A DNA stretch of 64,000 nucleotides, from assembly GCA_030141605.1 (NCBI GenBank), contig JAQGDQ010000276.1, positions 186,001 through 250,000 of the forward strand, written 5' to 3'. The DNA comes from Tubiluchus corallicola. Taxonomy: Eukaryota > Animalia > Priapulida. Below the pieces are notes generated by a model. It made no database searches. It was given only the letters and a program-made list of their open reading frames with translations, and had not been told where the DNA came from. Shown piece after piece: positions 25,067-38,366 of the stretch. How positions within the stretch are numbered: the stretch's first letter is position 1; each line of letters opens with the position of its first letter. The position numbers were made by a program, and so were the translations under genes.

Positions 25067-26453
25067 AACTCCTGCATGGTTATTAAATTATTATAATTTA
25101 AAAGGATGTACTACTTCTTCTGTAGCAGTAATAACAGTAGTATCACCACTTTTTTATGTTTACATTTGTTTCAGTTAATGTCTTGATTGCCCGAGTTTGA
25201 CTGACTGACATAAGCCACAGTCACAAGCTCAATCAGTCAATGAGTATTTGCTCAATCAGTCAATAACCATTTAAATTCTTTTTTTTCGCTGTTTCTTTTA
25301 ATTCGTAAAGCTAACTAGGTTAATTCACTTTTGCCCTGAATCCATACGATCTTAATTTTTGTTTTAGGATAAAAATTTTTAATTTATTTTAAAATATATT
25401 ATTTTTTAATTTACTGTTAACTTATTTCATTTTCACGCTGTCTAACATCATTCTGCCTACACTCCCCTCTGTCACTTTGGTTACATCCTACTTGTGACGT
25501 AGCCATTACTATTTAACTGTTAGCCTCCCCCAATCTGGGCTTCCCTGTTGTAAGCTAGCTGTAGCACTACCACCTTAAGCTGATGAGTCTGTTGCTTTAA
25601 AACTTCTTTACTGTTTTCAATAAAATAGTTTATTTTGCTTAAATCAGTGCAGTTTGATGTTTCTGTCAGTGATCTCATACATTGGTGTCAATGAGGTGGG
25701 ATGTGTATGGCCGATTGGTCTCGCCCGTGACTGCCTACTGTCTTGATTGGATAATTGCTGTATTTGAGGTTTTATTAACTATACCAGATGTGGCTGTTTA
25801 CCAGACAGGAAGATACGTGTCAAACAGATACATCCAACCATGGATAAGATACCTTTGCCAAGTTCAAAAGCTCATCTTAAATACTCTTCATAATGAGCCA
25901 AGCTCCAATCTTGCCACAAATGTTGTTGTTGAACTTGTAAAAATGGCTTCAGAATGCTGATTTCTGGCTTGCATTGTGCCAAAGTGTATTTATAAAAAAA
26001 TAAAATATATTTAGCACATACACACTTTGCATGGTTTGGCCAACAGTCTTCTGAAATTAGTTACTAAAAATTACCTAGCTCCTGTTTCACAAACAGGTGA
26101 TTAGTGAATAACTGAATACCAGGGTTATCGATTTTGTCAAGACAATAATAACTATTTTAGTCAAAGCAGTTTTTGAGTTGTACCGCAAGTAACGTAACTT
26201 TTGCATGTAACTGTAGTTAGCATTGCTGTCAACTTGATGAGATCATTGCTGTTTCTGTTGTGTGTGAGTGTGTACACTGTACATCCTGTGACAGAAAGTA
26301 ATGTAGGCCTCAGCATTAGGTAGTATAATTCCTACTCAAATGTAGTTTGCAGGTCAATCCTTGTCACCTCTTTATATTATTTTTTTGTTGCACTGGTTTG
26401 CTCTTGATTTAAACTTGTATTACACTGGGTTTTACTTTAGAACATTTGAGGTG

Positions 26454-29400
26454 ATGATGGCGAAAAATGCTGTGTTACTCTTACTCTCAATTACGACAAT
26501 CTGGATTGCTGCTAGTCTAGCTAGTAAATACATCATCAACTTCGAGTCAAATAGCAGATCTTTGAAAGAGTTTGACCTCTCGATCACACTCGGTGCTTCG
26601 TTAGACCATGTTGTGTGGTTTGTGCAGGTACTGATATAATTATTATATTTTTTCATGTTACAAATTGTGTGCAGTTTTGATGTCACATTACAAAGTAATG
26701 CAAAGTTGAATCTACTACAACACCATGGAGCATTAGTGTTATTCCATGCTTAATTTTTTAAGTGGTTATCATACTTGGAACTTATAGCTATCTTGAATTA
26801 AAATTTGTAATCATGTTCACGAAGTTTTTACTATTTGGTATATTTACGGTTTTGCTAGTCAGGTAAAAACTTTGTTTAACAAAAGTTTTTAGTAGTGCTA
26901 AGAAATTATTTGCCTGAAGATCTAAACAAATCAGTCGATTTCACAAAAGCAATAATGTTGGTAGTTAGAAACCTAATGAATGTGAATCTACTGGACATTA
27001 AATAATCTTATTGATAAATGTTATTCTGCCAACAAAATAACAAATTGTTCATAATAATCATTCGGTCAAGAAAATAACTTTTAGTACTTTTCTTGTAGAT
27101 ATCAGATCTGCATTTAAGTATTTTTCACGACCACAAATCGTTGCGTTCTTTGGAGTTTGAAGAATTTTGCAAGTTTACAATTCCAGATATTGAACCTGCT
27201 GTTGTGCTAGCCACAGGTAGGAAAGAGGCTTTTTATGCAAGACAAAATTTTTATTCCCATATATTGTGCAATTACTACCACATTTTGAAAAGCTCTGAAG
27301 ACAGATGAGATGCTTTGAAAAAATTGTACCGTTATATAGTGTGGCTTGACTTACACAGGTACTAGATACTTGTTATTTCAGATACCTCCTGTTATTACTG
27401 TCCATACAAGAGTTTATCCAGCTACTTCTTTGAGCTTTCTGAACTTTTTGTACAGCACTTTCTAAACTTAAGTGTACTACAGGAATCAGCTGAATCACTT
27501 ACATGATTACTTGCTGTGTGGGAAGTTATGGGTTCAATTACACGGCCGTGTCATATCAGAGGTTTAAAAAATGGTACCACTGATTATCCATATAATTGGC
27601 TCCTGCTTCGTAAAGCAAAGTAAGAAGACATTAATAATATTCATTGTTGTTTTAGTCATTGCTACAGGTTCTGTACTTTGTGTTGTTTGTTGGTCTGTAG
27701 CCAGCTTCATTTAGAAATTTCTGTATTTTTGTGAATTGTCATGAATGACCTGGCAGTTGTCTGAGATAAGTAAAGAGCGCTGCTTTAGTGCGAAAGTTTT
27801 TTGATATTCTGTTTTTAGCAAAATTGAAAGCTTGTTCAAGGTTTTTTCTCTTGCAATAAATGCTTTTAGGAGACTTGGTTGATGCAAAAACTGCAGATAA
27901 CATTGGTTCTACACAATATTCAGAAGAGTGGGAAATGTATTGGAGAGCACTTAATGGGTCCGGTGTATTAGAGAAAACATCTTGGCTTGATATCCGTGGA
28001 AACCATGGTATGTTACAATATGCTAGACACAACGAATGTATACATTATTCATCACTGGCTATCACCTGAAAATTTCCTAGTTGTAGTTGCAGTTATTAGA
28101 ACGTGAAATTGTTTAATACAGTAGGCGCAGCTTAATAGACTCACTTTGGGACCGAAGTGTTTTGACCCAATTAACCGATTGAACCTATTAACCGATGGGT
28201 GTAGTATTACTGGTATAGAGGTATGTGTCACCAGCTTACTGTATGCACTGCAAAGGTTTTTAATGAATTTTAGAAACAAAGTAATGCCTAAATTTCTTTG
28301 TGTTGTTAAAAATTAGCAAAAAATATTTTAAAATATTAATTTATGTAGGTGAATTAGCAATAAATTAAAAAGTATACTTTTCTAAATCACGCAAGTCTGA
28401 TTATTCGCGAAAATAATGGAAATACGTCCAAGGTCGGCTGATTCATTTTTTGTGACAAGTTGAGTCAGTAAGTTCTCATAATAATGAAAATGTTTAAAAC
28501 TGTTGTTGTATGATATACAAAAACGTGCTTGAACTGTTGGTGGTGACCGTATTTCCCGCAAGAGGTTTCGTCTGTAAGCTCTGCTTGCTATCGTGACATA
28601 CTTATTGTACTGTACCTGCATCCCTTGTATAACAGCAATAGCAAACTGATTAAACTTTCTGGGAAAGACAGCTAGAGTTTCAAAAGCAAACCGCTAAGCA
28701 AATGATTAAATGTTTAGCTTCCAGCTTGGGTAATTAAGTCAATTGCAGTGGACGGGCGGGTCAAGGCAAACCATTAGGCTAGTACATTAGCCTATGATAC
28801 ACATTCCTGCTTACACACAAAACAGTACTTAATATGATTGTTTCTATGTATATTATAGGACAAAAGCAAACTAAGATGATATAAAAGTCATAAAAGCTTA
28901 TTAGTCACACGAAAGTGTCTTATTGAAGCATGTGAAGCAAAAATATTGAGTCAATTACCGACAGTTTTTGTACATTAGAATAGAAGCAGCCTGTACCAGG
29001 CATTTTTGAATCAGTTAAGCGATTGAGTCTATTAACTGGTGCCTGCTGTAGATTAAAATACTTCGATAGCTTATGCTATCGCTTTTTTTAGTTTTATTAA
29101 GTAAAAAAATAAAGTGCTGTCAGTTTACTATTGCTTTAGGTTATTAACTTTTCAAGTTTGGATTACCAGACTACTGCGTTGTTTGTTTTTAACCTTATTA
29201 AACATTCTCTTTCAGATGCTTTCAATGTTCCTTACCTCAAGAGTGATTTTAATTACTTTAGGTAAGTTTTTTAACCTGTCTTTAACTATATATTCTTGTA
29301 AGGATGCACTGAATTTTTCCCCCGAGCTTACCACAATTACTTTTTTTTAAATTATCACATTTTGTGAAAATTATATTTAACAAATAACAAGACCGAATGT

Positions 29401-32400
29401 TGCCCTATAATGCTTATAAAAATTTATCCCAAAAATGATAGTAAACAGCAAACACGCACAACAGCCAACATTTTAGTTTATGTTTCTGTATGACAACTGA
29501 AAGAATGCAATTTGCTGTCAGTATACAAGTCGTGTCAATGCACAGTAATGTGGCGTTGCTGTATTCGCTTATACACAGGGAAAAAAATCAGTGATGAGCT
29601 AGTAAACAACTATACTATTGTAGTTTTGCTTAAATACTATTTTTATTGATTATACAAAATAGTTTTAATTCTTGAAAGAATTAGGCTGCTGTTATTATAC
29701 TTAATACTTTCCTACATTCTATTAACCATTAAATGGAAAACAGATTTAGCAGTCAAAGCAATTTCACACAGCTCACCAATCACTACTAACTTAAAATGAT
29801 AAAACATTACAGTTTATAATTCTTTTCAGTTAGAATTACAAGAAAATTCTGTTCATTTTTGCTAAAAAATTCCGTTCATTTTCTCTTCTTTATTCCAATT
29901 TAGTTTTTTATTTTATTCGAAATTTGGTTCGGCAGTACAACCAATCAGTTGGTAAAAGTATATGAAAATTTCTGTAACGAGTGGTAAAAGAATTTCATCT
30001 TTTTTGTGCAGTATATCAAATGAAAGCACCTGATCTGAGTAAGGATGAAGGTCATTTAAAAGTCCCATTTTTGTCGCAAACTACTTTTCTAGTTTTTTTG
30101 TGCATTTGTCAGTGCCATTAAATGCACTTAGTATTGCTCATTACTTCAATGTTTCTTAGTTCAAACAGCATACACCAACTTTCCTACTTATTAGCTTTTT
30201 TTTGCATCTATTATTAAAAGTATGTTTATATTTAAATTACAGGTCATATTCTGCTCAAGGAAGAAAAGATTTTCAGTCTTCATACCATTATATTCATAGA
30301 TCTGGAGTTGATCAATATTCATTCATTGCGGCTGATTTTACTCCTGTTCCCGGATTCAAGAGACCTTACAACTTCTTTGGCTACAATCCAGAAGTAAGCT
30401 TATTGTGTAAACAAACCGGCAAAATTTTTCAACGCCTGCCTGGTATCATCCTCATTTAACAGCATTCAGTCAATCAGCTGTAAGTGTTCAAAATGTGTAA
30501 TTGGCAAAAACAGAAAGCAACAACGTGGTTGAACTGTCGTAGCTATTATGCAGAAGTAATTAGAGTTAAATAAATTCAGTATATATTATATACAGTAACA
30601 TGCATGTGGACAGAGCAAAATGTGAATGAAAAATTTTATGTGAAGAGAGTTCAAGGGATAGTACTTTGCTGATTGTTCAAGCAGGTTTATGTTGAATAAT
30701 GCTCAAGCTCTCTCAAAACAGATTAATTTTTAAGCGTATAAAAACAAATTATGGTGGTCATTGATTATTTTTGTGCCGATGGCTAGTAAGCTTAACTGTT
30801 TTGTATGCTTAAAGACCTTAGACACGCCCTATTGGTTTTTTAGACCCTAAAAACCTCCATAATGTGCTCACTTTTATGGCTATGTTTATATCAATCTACT
30901 GGACATATTTCACTATTATGCTTACTCTCATTGTTTAATTGCACTTTCCGCTTCCCTTGAAATGGCCTATTTCTTTCGAAACATTCTTTTTCACAAAACT
31001 GTGTCTTAACTACAAACTAAGCAGTTTTTCTTTAAAGTCGTGTCCCCCCCCCACACACACACACAGCAAAAGTTCTGGCATATGTATTAGTACCTGCACC
31101 CTCACTATTTGTTATATTCATATTGTCAGTGATTGTGTATTATGCAAAACAGTTGATAGGCTTTTGTGGTTTACTGCTTGTCTTGCTTGTTATTGTGAGA
31201 TGGAGTGTGATTTTTTAATGTAAAATGTGTTTAAATTTTTAGTTTTCAAATGTATATAATGTTTTTGCTATGATTTTTTTAAATAGTCAAGCAGCAAGGT
31301 ACTGGAAAATTTTGCAGCAGACAGCACAAAAAGCAATGCAACTATTTGGTTTGGACATTATCCAACCTCATTCATTGTTTCTTCATCTCCTGGCATAAAG
31401 CACATTATGAAGTAAGCTATAACACTAGTATTCTATGATGCAAGTAGTGTTTAATAGCCTGAGTATTAACGCTCCACTTAGACCTTTACAACTATGACAG
31501 CAATATGGTTCCCAACAAAAGTAGTCTTCTGTCAAATTAGCTCTCACAAACCTCCTGCATTGGACTTTAGTGCAACACTTAAATAGTAAAAAGTTTCTCG
31601 ATTTTATGACATATTATTTAATAAAAACATTTGAAAAACATTTTGATACATCACTGTGCACTGTCTTCTATGAAAACATGAGTGTCTCTAAATTTCTATT
31701 ATTAAGACGTGTATTAATTTTTTACTTGTGTTGCTCATATGACTATTTTGTCACTTATAATTTGCTACAGTGGCAAAATATACATGAATTTTTTTCACAT
31801 TGAGTGCTATCTTGTTATGTTAAATGATGAATTTAAAACTTACTCTTATTGACGTGAAATTACACTCATTCTTAAGCCGTCTTTAAAAAGCATATGGTCT
31901 TCAAGGTGTAACTCTGTACTCGTAAATCTTTATTAGTGTGTCTTTGTTTCCAGGCTGTTAATCTTAGACCTGCCATTGTAACGAAATAAGCTCTTTTGCT
32001 ACAGGCGTTTTCACCTGCTAATTTATTTCTCTTTCATTTATAAACTTGTTTAGATCAGGGTTAGCTTACATGTGTGGACACCTGCACACTCTGTTTGGAA
32101 TTATTCCAAGAATGTATTCTTTCCAGGAAAGTGGTAACCTAGAACTGGAAGTGGGAGATTGGAGGGAAAATCGTATGTAAGTCTTGTTAATTAGTGCTAA
32201 AGCAGTTTTGAAAAGTTTGTTCTGTAGATTCTTTGAATCAGCATTTTATTATTTGCATCACAACAATAGTTTTACCTTCTCTAATGACTTTCCAGCTTTT
32301 AATATGATTTTGTTTTGTTTTAGATTTCGTGTCGCAGCAATAGATCATGGCTTGTTGTCTTTCATAGATGTTACACACAGAGAATGGCCAGTCATTCTTA

Positions 32401-35400
32401 TAACTAATCCAAAAAATGCTCTGTACAAAATGCCCTGGCACGAACCACTAGACAGAATTATATCTTCAACTCATATCCGGTAAGGCTAAAAATAAAGGAC
32501 AGAAAGTTTGCTAGCTGAAAAAACAACTGTATAATCTCAGCTAGCAATTACAGTAAACTAAGCTTCTTGCTATCACGGTTGCAATAAAAGAAATAACAAG
32601 AAAAAAGAGTGTGTACAGGAAGTACAATATAATACAATGCAAAATTTGTTATGTGATATGGCATGAAAATTTTTACTCTTAAATCTTTTCTTTGGGCTGA
32701 ATTTTGAAAGTAAAGCCCTGGATGTTCAGGTGAAATACATTAACAACCAGTTTGGTAACTGCTGCTGTTCTTGTTAGGGTACTGGTGTTTTCAACATCGC
32801 CTTTAGAACATGTAAGAATTCGGATAAATAATGAAGAATGGAGAAATGCCTCTCACTCAAGTGGTCCTTTGTATGTTCTACCATGGAATTCGACAAAATA
32901 TGTGCATGACCTCCACAGTATTCAAGTTTTTGCACAGGTGCCTATGTATTTTAACTTTTTTGCAGGGATGCACCGGATACAGTTTAGCAAATTCCTGATT
33001 GGATCCAGATCTATATGTGACGGATCCGATTTCAGACCTATGAATTAACATGAACGATATATCATTTTTCTTAGCCTTTTGTTCATGTGGTAGCATCACC
33101 TGTTCATTTTCAGGATCACTGAGCAATTTTAAATTTAAAGAGTGAAAACGGTTTTTAAAGTTGATGTACTGTAAACACATGACACTTTCAAACACTTTTT
33201 AAACACTTGATCTACACTTAACTTGAACTAAAAACAGCTGAACTACGCTTTTACTGAAGCAGATGACCCTAAATTTTTAGTAGCATATCTTTGCGTGCTG
33301 CTTGCTGCACTTAATGACATTAGGAAGATTGCTGGTATTGATTATTCTACATGCATTGTGCCAGTATCTGGTTCTTTTTTGCTGGATTACTGCTGTGTTT
33401 ACCTGCCTTGAGGGGCAGATTTTTTTGTTTTAGAATTCCGCGTGCCCAATGTCTACAACAGACGTGCTGGTGAAATGATGATGGTGATGCTTAAAAACTA
33501 AGCGATAATTTTGTAAATTTATGAAGATTTTAATAAAAATCATTTAGATTCTTTAAAAAAATTAAGACTATGTAGGTAATTAAGCTGTTATGTATATTTT
33601 TTCTTACCCATTCTAATTTTTTTCACAATCAGTGCACAATTTGTAGTTTTATACGTAGAAAAATGGAAATGCAAAAAGGACAACATTTCTACCAATTGGG
33701 AAGTATTAAATTAGGATCCAGAGCACCATCCGGTACATCCCTACTTTTTTTATTGTGTTTTTGGCGGATACAAGTAAAATGATTGCCTTGATTGGTTCAT
33801 ATTTATGTTACAGGAAACTATCCATATTTCAGATGATTCATGTTATGTTCACGTCTAGTAATTTTTTGAGGTTTTCAAAATTTCATGATATTTATTCACT
33901 CCTTATTACAACCAGTAATAAATTAAGAATGTTGCTGTATAATTAAACATGTTGCTTTGATTTAGTAGTAGAGGCTGACAAGTAAATTGAAAACACACTG
34001 TAAACGTAAATTGATATTGAAACAAGGGCAGAATTAAAAATTCGGAAACAGAAATTTTGTGGCGTGCTTGGTATAATGGAGCAGCTCTATGGTCTGTTTG
34101 GTTTTTTAGGATGCTGAGGGACATCAAGGTAGTGTATCGCAACAGTTTTCGTTAGATGAGAAACCCACTCAGGACTTTGCTTTCCTTGCACGATTAATTC
34201 TCATGACCAATATTGTATTACTGGTATGTAAAAGAAATTGAAAATATTTTTTTTGCAAAGTAGCACAAGTAATGTAATGCACTGATATCAGACTTCTTAG
34301 TGCAGTAGGTTGCCCGCATGTTCTGCGCTAATGTAAGAGCGATGCATATAGGCTTGACCAGCCTCAACAAAATGTGCTTTGTAAAGTTATTAAACCTTTC
34401 TAACTTGAAGGAGACTATGTTTCATCTTTAATAAATTCCTCTTTGTTCAGCATTTAGGAACAATATTTTGCTGAACAGAAAAGTAAACTTTTTAAATCAG
34501 AAGTCTTGTTGTAGGCAAGTTATAATAAAAATTATAGTCGAATTATACTTGCCAATTTAAGAAGCTTTGGTGTGTCTAATACCAAGTCTGTTAAGGTAAA
34601 GTGAGCTCTTTTAACTTTGATTCTAATTATTTTTTGAAGAGTAATCATCAATTTTGTTTTAGCTCCAGATAGCTTTTGGGGTTTTTCTTGCACTGAGTGT
34701 TTTACCAATGTGTATCCTACGATGCTTCACAACATTTTCTCATTGTAAGTATTCAAGTTGTTGTGGAACAATTCCAAGCCTAATCACAATTCTTTGATAT
34801 TTCATGTTTGCCAGTAAAACCAAGAAATTGGGTCAAGTAAAACTGCATTGGTGTCATGCTTTTTGTATTCAAAGCTAGTAGTTTCTCCTGCCTCGTGGCT
34901 TTCATTGAGAATGATATATGTCAGTTAATATTTCTGGTAGGATTAAAATTGTTCCAAATGCTGTTGCAACACATATCTAAAACCATACTATAAATGTACT
35001 GAAGTTATTTTATTTCCTTTCAGTATCAATGTATTACAGAACATATATGTAGTAAAAATTCTCAAAATGTTGCAAAGCGGTTGTTAGTCATTCTGCATTA
35101 TCCGACTGTTGTGGCTGTAAAATAGGTATTAAGGTTAATTTATGTACTGGCGAGGCATTGGCATAATCTAATGGCTTGAAATTAAAATGTGGAATTTGAA
35201 ATTTATAAATAAAAATCGTGTAATACATACATTTAGCAAATTAGTAGCAAGTAGACACAGTCATCAAGTCTACCTATAACACTAATTTAATGCATTTGAG
35301 ATAGGTCCAGTCATCATTAATAACAACAACAACAACAAAGCAGCAACAGTATCTAACAGGTTAATACTATAAATAAATTTTACTTCTTGGCCCTTAGCCT

Positions 35401-38366
35401 GTATACAAAAACATTTTGCGTACATCCTTGACTGAATTCAAATTGTTATAGTCAATAGTGCGCAGACAATAGTGCGCAGTCCTTCCTATAGTGTTTTGCT
35501 TTGCCCTGCCCCTTTAACGGTGGTAAGTGGCTATTGCATACGACTTTGCTTTCACTAGACAAGTAATTTATTAAAAGTGATGCAGTCATTAAAGCTCCAA
35601 CTAGTAACAAAACTATGACTGCTTTTATACACTTTACAGCTTTTAGTCATGATAACCCTGGCCAACAATTATAAATATTTTTTTCTAGACCAATACGTTT
35701 GTCATATCAGAGTCAGTTCATTAAATTAATTTACAAGGCTATTTTTGAACTCAAACTTTACAGTTTGCAAAAACGTCAGTCATAATATACAAATAAAGTT
35801 TATAGGCAACTCAAAATTCTTTTTGGCTTTATTCAGAATTGCTCAAATTAGATCTTGTATTGATCATAGGATGCTTTGTGTACATTGTAGAAAGAGATGC
35901 TTTCTTTGTGTTTTCAATTTTTCAGAGATTTGAAGAATAGGAATTACATGCTAAATATGCTAGAATTATAAAAATTAATTATTGATAAAAAGTGCCTAAA
36001 TAACTTTTAACTCTTTGTTTTGCAGCAAGCACAACCTGTTCACCAATTAAAAAGTTTGTTTACAAGATCCATCTTCTTTCAACTATAGACATCTTGTTTT
36101 ACCCACTTATTGTATCTGCTCTTTATGTAGCAGTAGGTAAGTTTTGCAACATGGAAGAATGTATTTGCTAAAAAAGTTTGTGCTTTAAGAACAGGTTTTT
36201 CTTCATTTTCTTATTATGTTTTTATCACCAAATGCTTTAAAAATGCCTTTGTGTACCGAGTCTGTTATTGGAAGTTATAGATATAGTTAGACAGGTAGTG
36301 TGTTGCACTCATACTACACAGTTTGTTCTTGTAAACAAGCAATAGAACACAATATATTAACACGATAACATTATAATGCAACATGTTAATACATTGTGTT
36401 CGTCCTAGTGCTTATTTACAGGTATCAGTCGTAGCTTATTTTGCCTCATGCCTATTAAACGAAATTCTCTGTGAAAGGTTTACATTTTTATGACTGAGAG
36501 GAGTGAAAAGTTACTAACATCATTATCCAGCTGAGTTCTTCTAAGTGAACTTAGCAAATTAAAGGAATTAAACCTCTGTCATTGCCAGCAAACCACATTA
36601 ATCAATATTTTGGCCTGACCTTACAAATTTGCCATTCCGATCAGTGTGCCAACTGATTCTGATGCTCGTTGCTCTCTGGAAGTGATTTGGAGGGACATTA
36701 GTAATACCCATGAACACAGCCATGATTACTATATATTGCAGTTGGAGCTGTCGCATTTTTGCATTGCTTGTTAGTGTTATGTCATCATTCTCATAGTATT
36801 TCAAAAATTTAGCGAAATTTTTATAAATGTTAATTTCTTTCAATGTGCTGTTTATTGAGTGCAAACGACCATTTTGACGAAAAATGACATTATCAATGCT
36901 AAAAATTAAGCCAAAGGAAATAATCAGTATATCTATGACACTGCAATTACCACGATGCATAAAAATCATTACAAAATCAATATGGTGAAATTTTAGTTAC
37001 CAGTATGAAAGTAAAAATACACTGAGACAGAGACTCTATAAAACGTAAAGATGTTGAAAGAGTTGTAGGCTTCCCATATTGTGTTCCCCTTGATTGTGAA
37101 ACATGTAGTTGTGTAAATTTTTTGGTTTTATTCTTCTAACACTTATTACTGTCGTTTCTTCTTTCATTACATAAACTTTGCCTGCATTAGACTAATTGTT
37201 TGCTGTAACTGTTCTGATTTTTTGCCTGAATCTCATATATAGAAGGTACAATTTTTTACATTTTTTATTAAATTTCCCTCTTAAGTGTATTTCTACTTTT
37301 ACACTGGTAACTCATATTTCACTTTTTTTGATTTTGTAATGTTTTTTGTGCTTTGGTAATTGCAGTGTCATAAATGTACTGATTATTTCTTTTGGCTTAA
37401 TTTTTAGCACTGTCAATGGCATTTTTTTGGAAACAATTTTCTGCACTCAACAACAACCTGTTGATTGCCAGAAGCTGGCTCTTTCGTGTACTTCACTTTT
37501 TTTATTTCAGGTCCATTTTTTGTTGGAAACTTGATAGATGGTTACACCGGTGTATGTTTTATCTGGGGCCTTTATGTGAAAGGCGCTTCTTTACCGGGTG
37601 ATGTCACTTTTACACATGGAATTTCACATGTAAGACATCTTAAACTTCTTTTGCAGTTAAATAAAGCCATTCAGTTACTAACTGAGGCCACTGAATTTTA
37701 ATTAGTGAAATACTGAGTTTTTAATGAAATGTTACTGTTTCAGTTTTTCAAATTTCGGTCTGATAATACTGGTGTAACAGTTTATGTCTAATATCAAGAA
37801 TTAGACTCAGTGACAAGGGCTACAACAAAATAAAAATGTGACAGAAGTTTTGATTTTTCATTTGTCTTCTTATATGCAAATAACTGAATTGAGAACTTAA
37901 CATAACTATGTCTGCTAGATTTTATGTAATAATACCAAATTATTTCATATCACATAATAGCAAATAACTTCCTGTTTTGGTGACAACAGCATTGTTAAAA
38001 TGAATAATATTAAGTTTTGCATTGGATGTATATTTTCAGCTTGCCTTGTACCACATACCTCTAGTGCTCTGCTTAGCAAACATTGTGGCGAGAAGATCTA
38101 AAGGATTACCTCTAACACTAAGTCGGGCAATATGGCAAGCAATTCCTTTATTCTTCATTTTCCTGTTAAAAGGTTGGTTCAGCTTCAGTTTATACCTAAA
38201 GCTTGGTGTTATGGCTTTTCTGCTTAGCCCTCTGTATCTATGGAGTATCATTTTTGGTTTTGTGCTTCTGTGGAGAGCTTCAGTTTTACAAAGACAACAG
38301 TTTACGCTTGTTTTGCAACAAACGTTGACTGACTGCATCGATGATCATAAGACTGCTGTGGACTGA
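26454..38366 (+). CDS. TMEM62: Transmembrane protein 62 (calcineurin-like metallophosphoesterase domain plus C-terminal TM helices), 647 aa
   Basis: 14 phase-compatible GT-AG coding exons: 26454-26627, 27099-27216, 27870-28007, 29216-29261, 30243-30393, 31287-31411, 32054-32176, 32324-32479, 32778-32937, 34110-34223, 34663-34744, 36026-36136, 37511-37629, 38040-38366 (1944 nt). Motifs WFVQISDLH, ATGDLVDAK, WLDIRGNHDAFNV, PGFKRPYNFFG, IWFGHYPTS, YMCGHLHTL, LELEVGDW, FRVAAIDHGLLSF, WPVILITNPK, STHIRVLVFS, GPLYVLPW; N-terminal signal anchor. Confidence 0.95.
27500..27630 (+). mobile_element. Degenerate tRNA-derived SINE fragment
   Basis: B-box-like GGGTTCAATT followed by cggccgtgtcatatcagaggtttaaaaaatggtacc, resembling the conserved body of widespread metazoan tRNA-SINEs. 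Confidence 0.4.
28119..29048. mobile_element. pogo/Tigger-type MITE in TMEM62 intron 3
   Basis: TIRs CAGTAGGCGCAGCTTAATAGACTCA / TGAGTCTATTAACTGGTGCCTGCTG, flanked by TA on both sides. Confidence 0.8.
32963..33743. mobile_element. hAT (Ac-like termini) MITE in TMEM62 intron 9
   Basis: TIRs CAGGGATGCACCGGAT / ATCCGGTACATCCCTA; TSD CTTTTTTG vs CTTTTTTT (7/8); subterminal GGATCC motifs. Confidence 0.8.
36840..37464. repeat. Long imperfect inverted repeat (arms about 36840-37023 and 37284-37464) in TMEM62 intron 12
   Basis: The arms are reverse complements. This also shows as near-identical peptides GNCSVI.(I/V)LIISFGLIFS in opposite-strand ORFs 36598-36969(-) and 37346-37534(+). Confidence 0.88.

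Noticed and set aside
25682-25960. 92-aa plus-strand ORF upstream of TMEM62
   Set aside because: Non-ATG start in the track, no motif, and TMEM62 is complete without it
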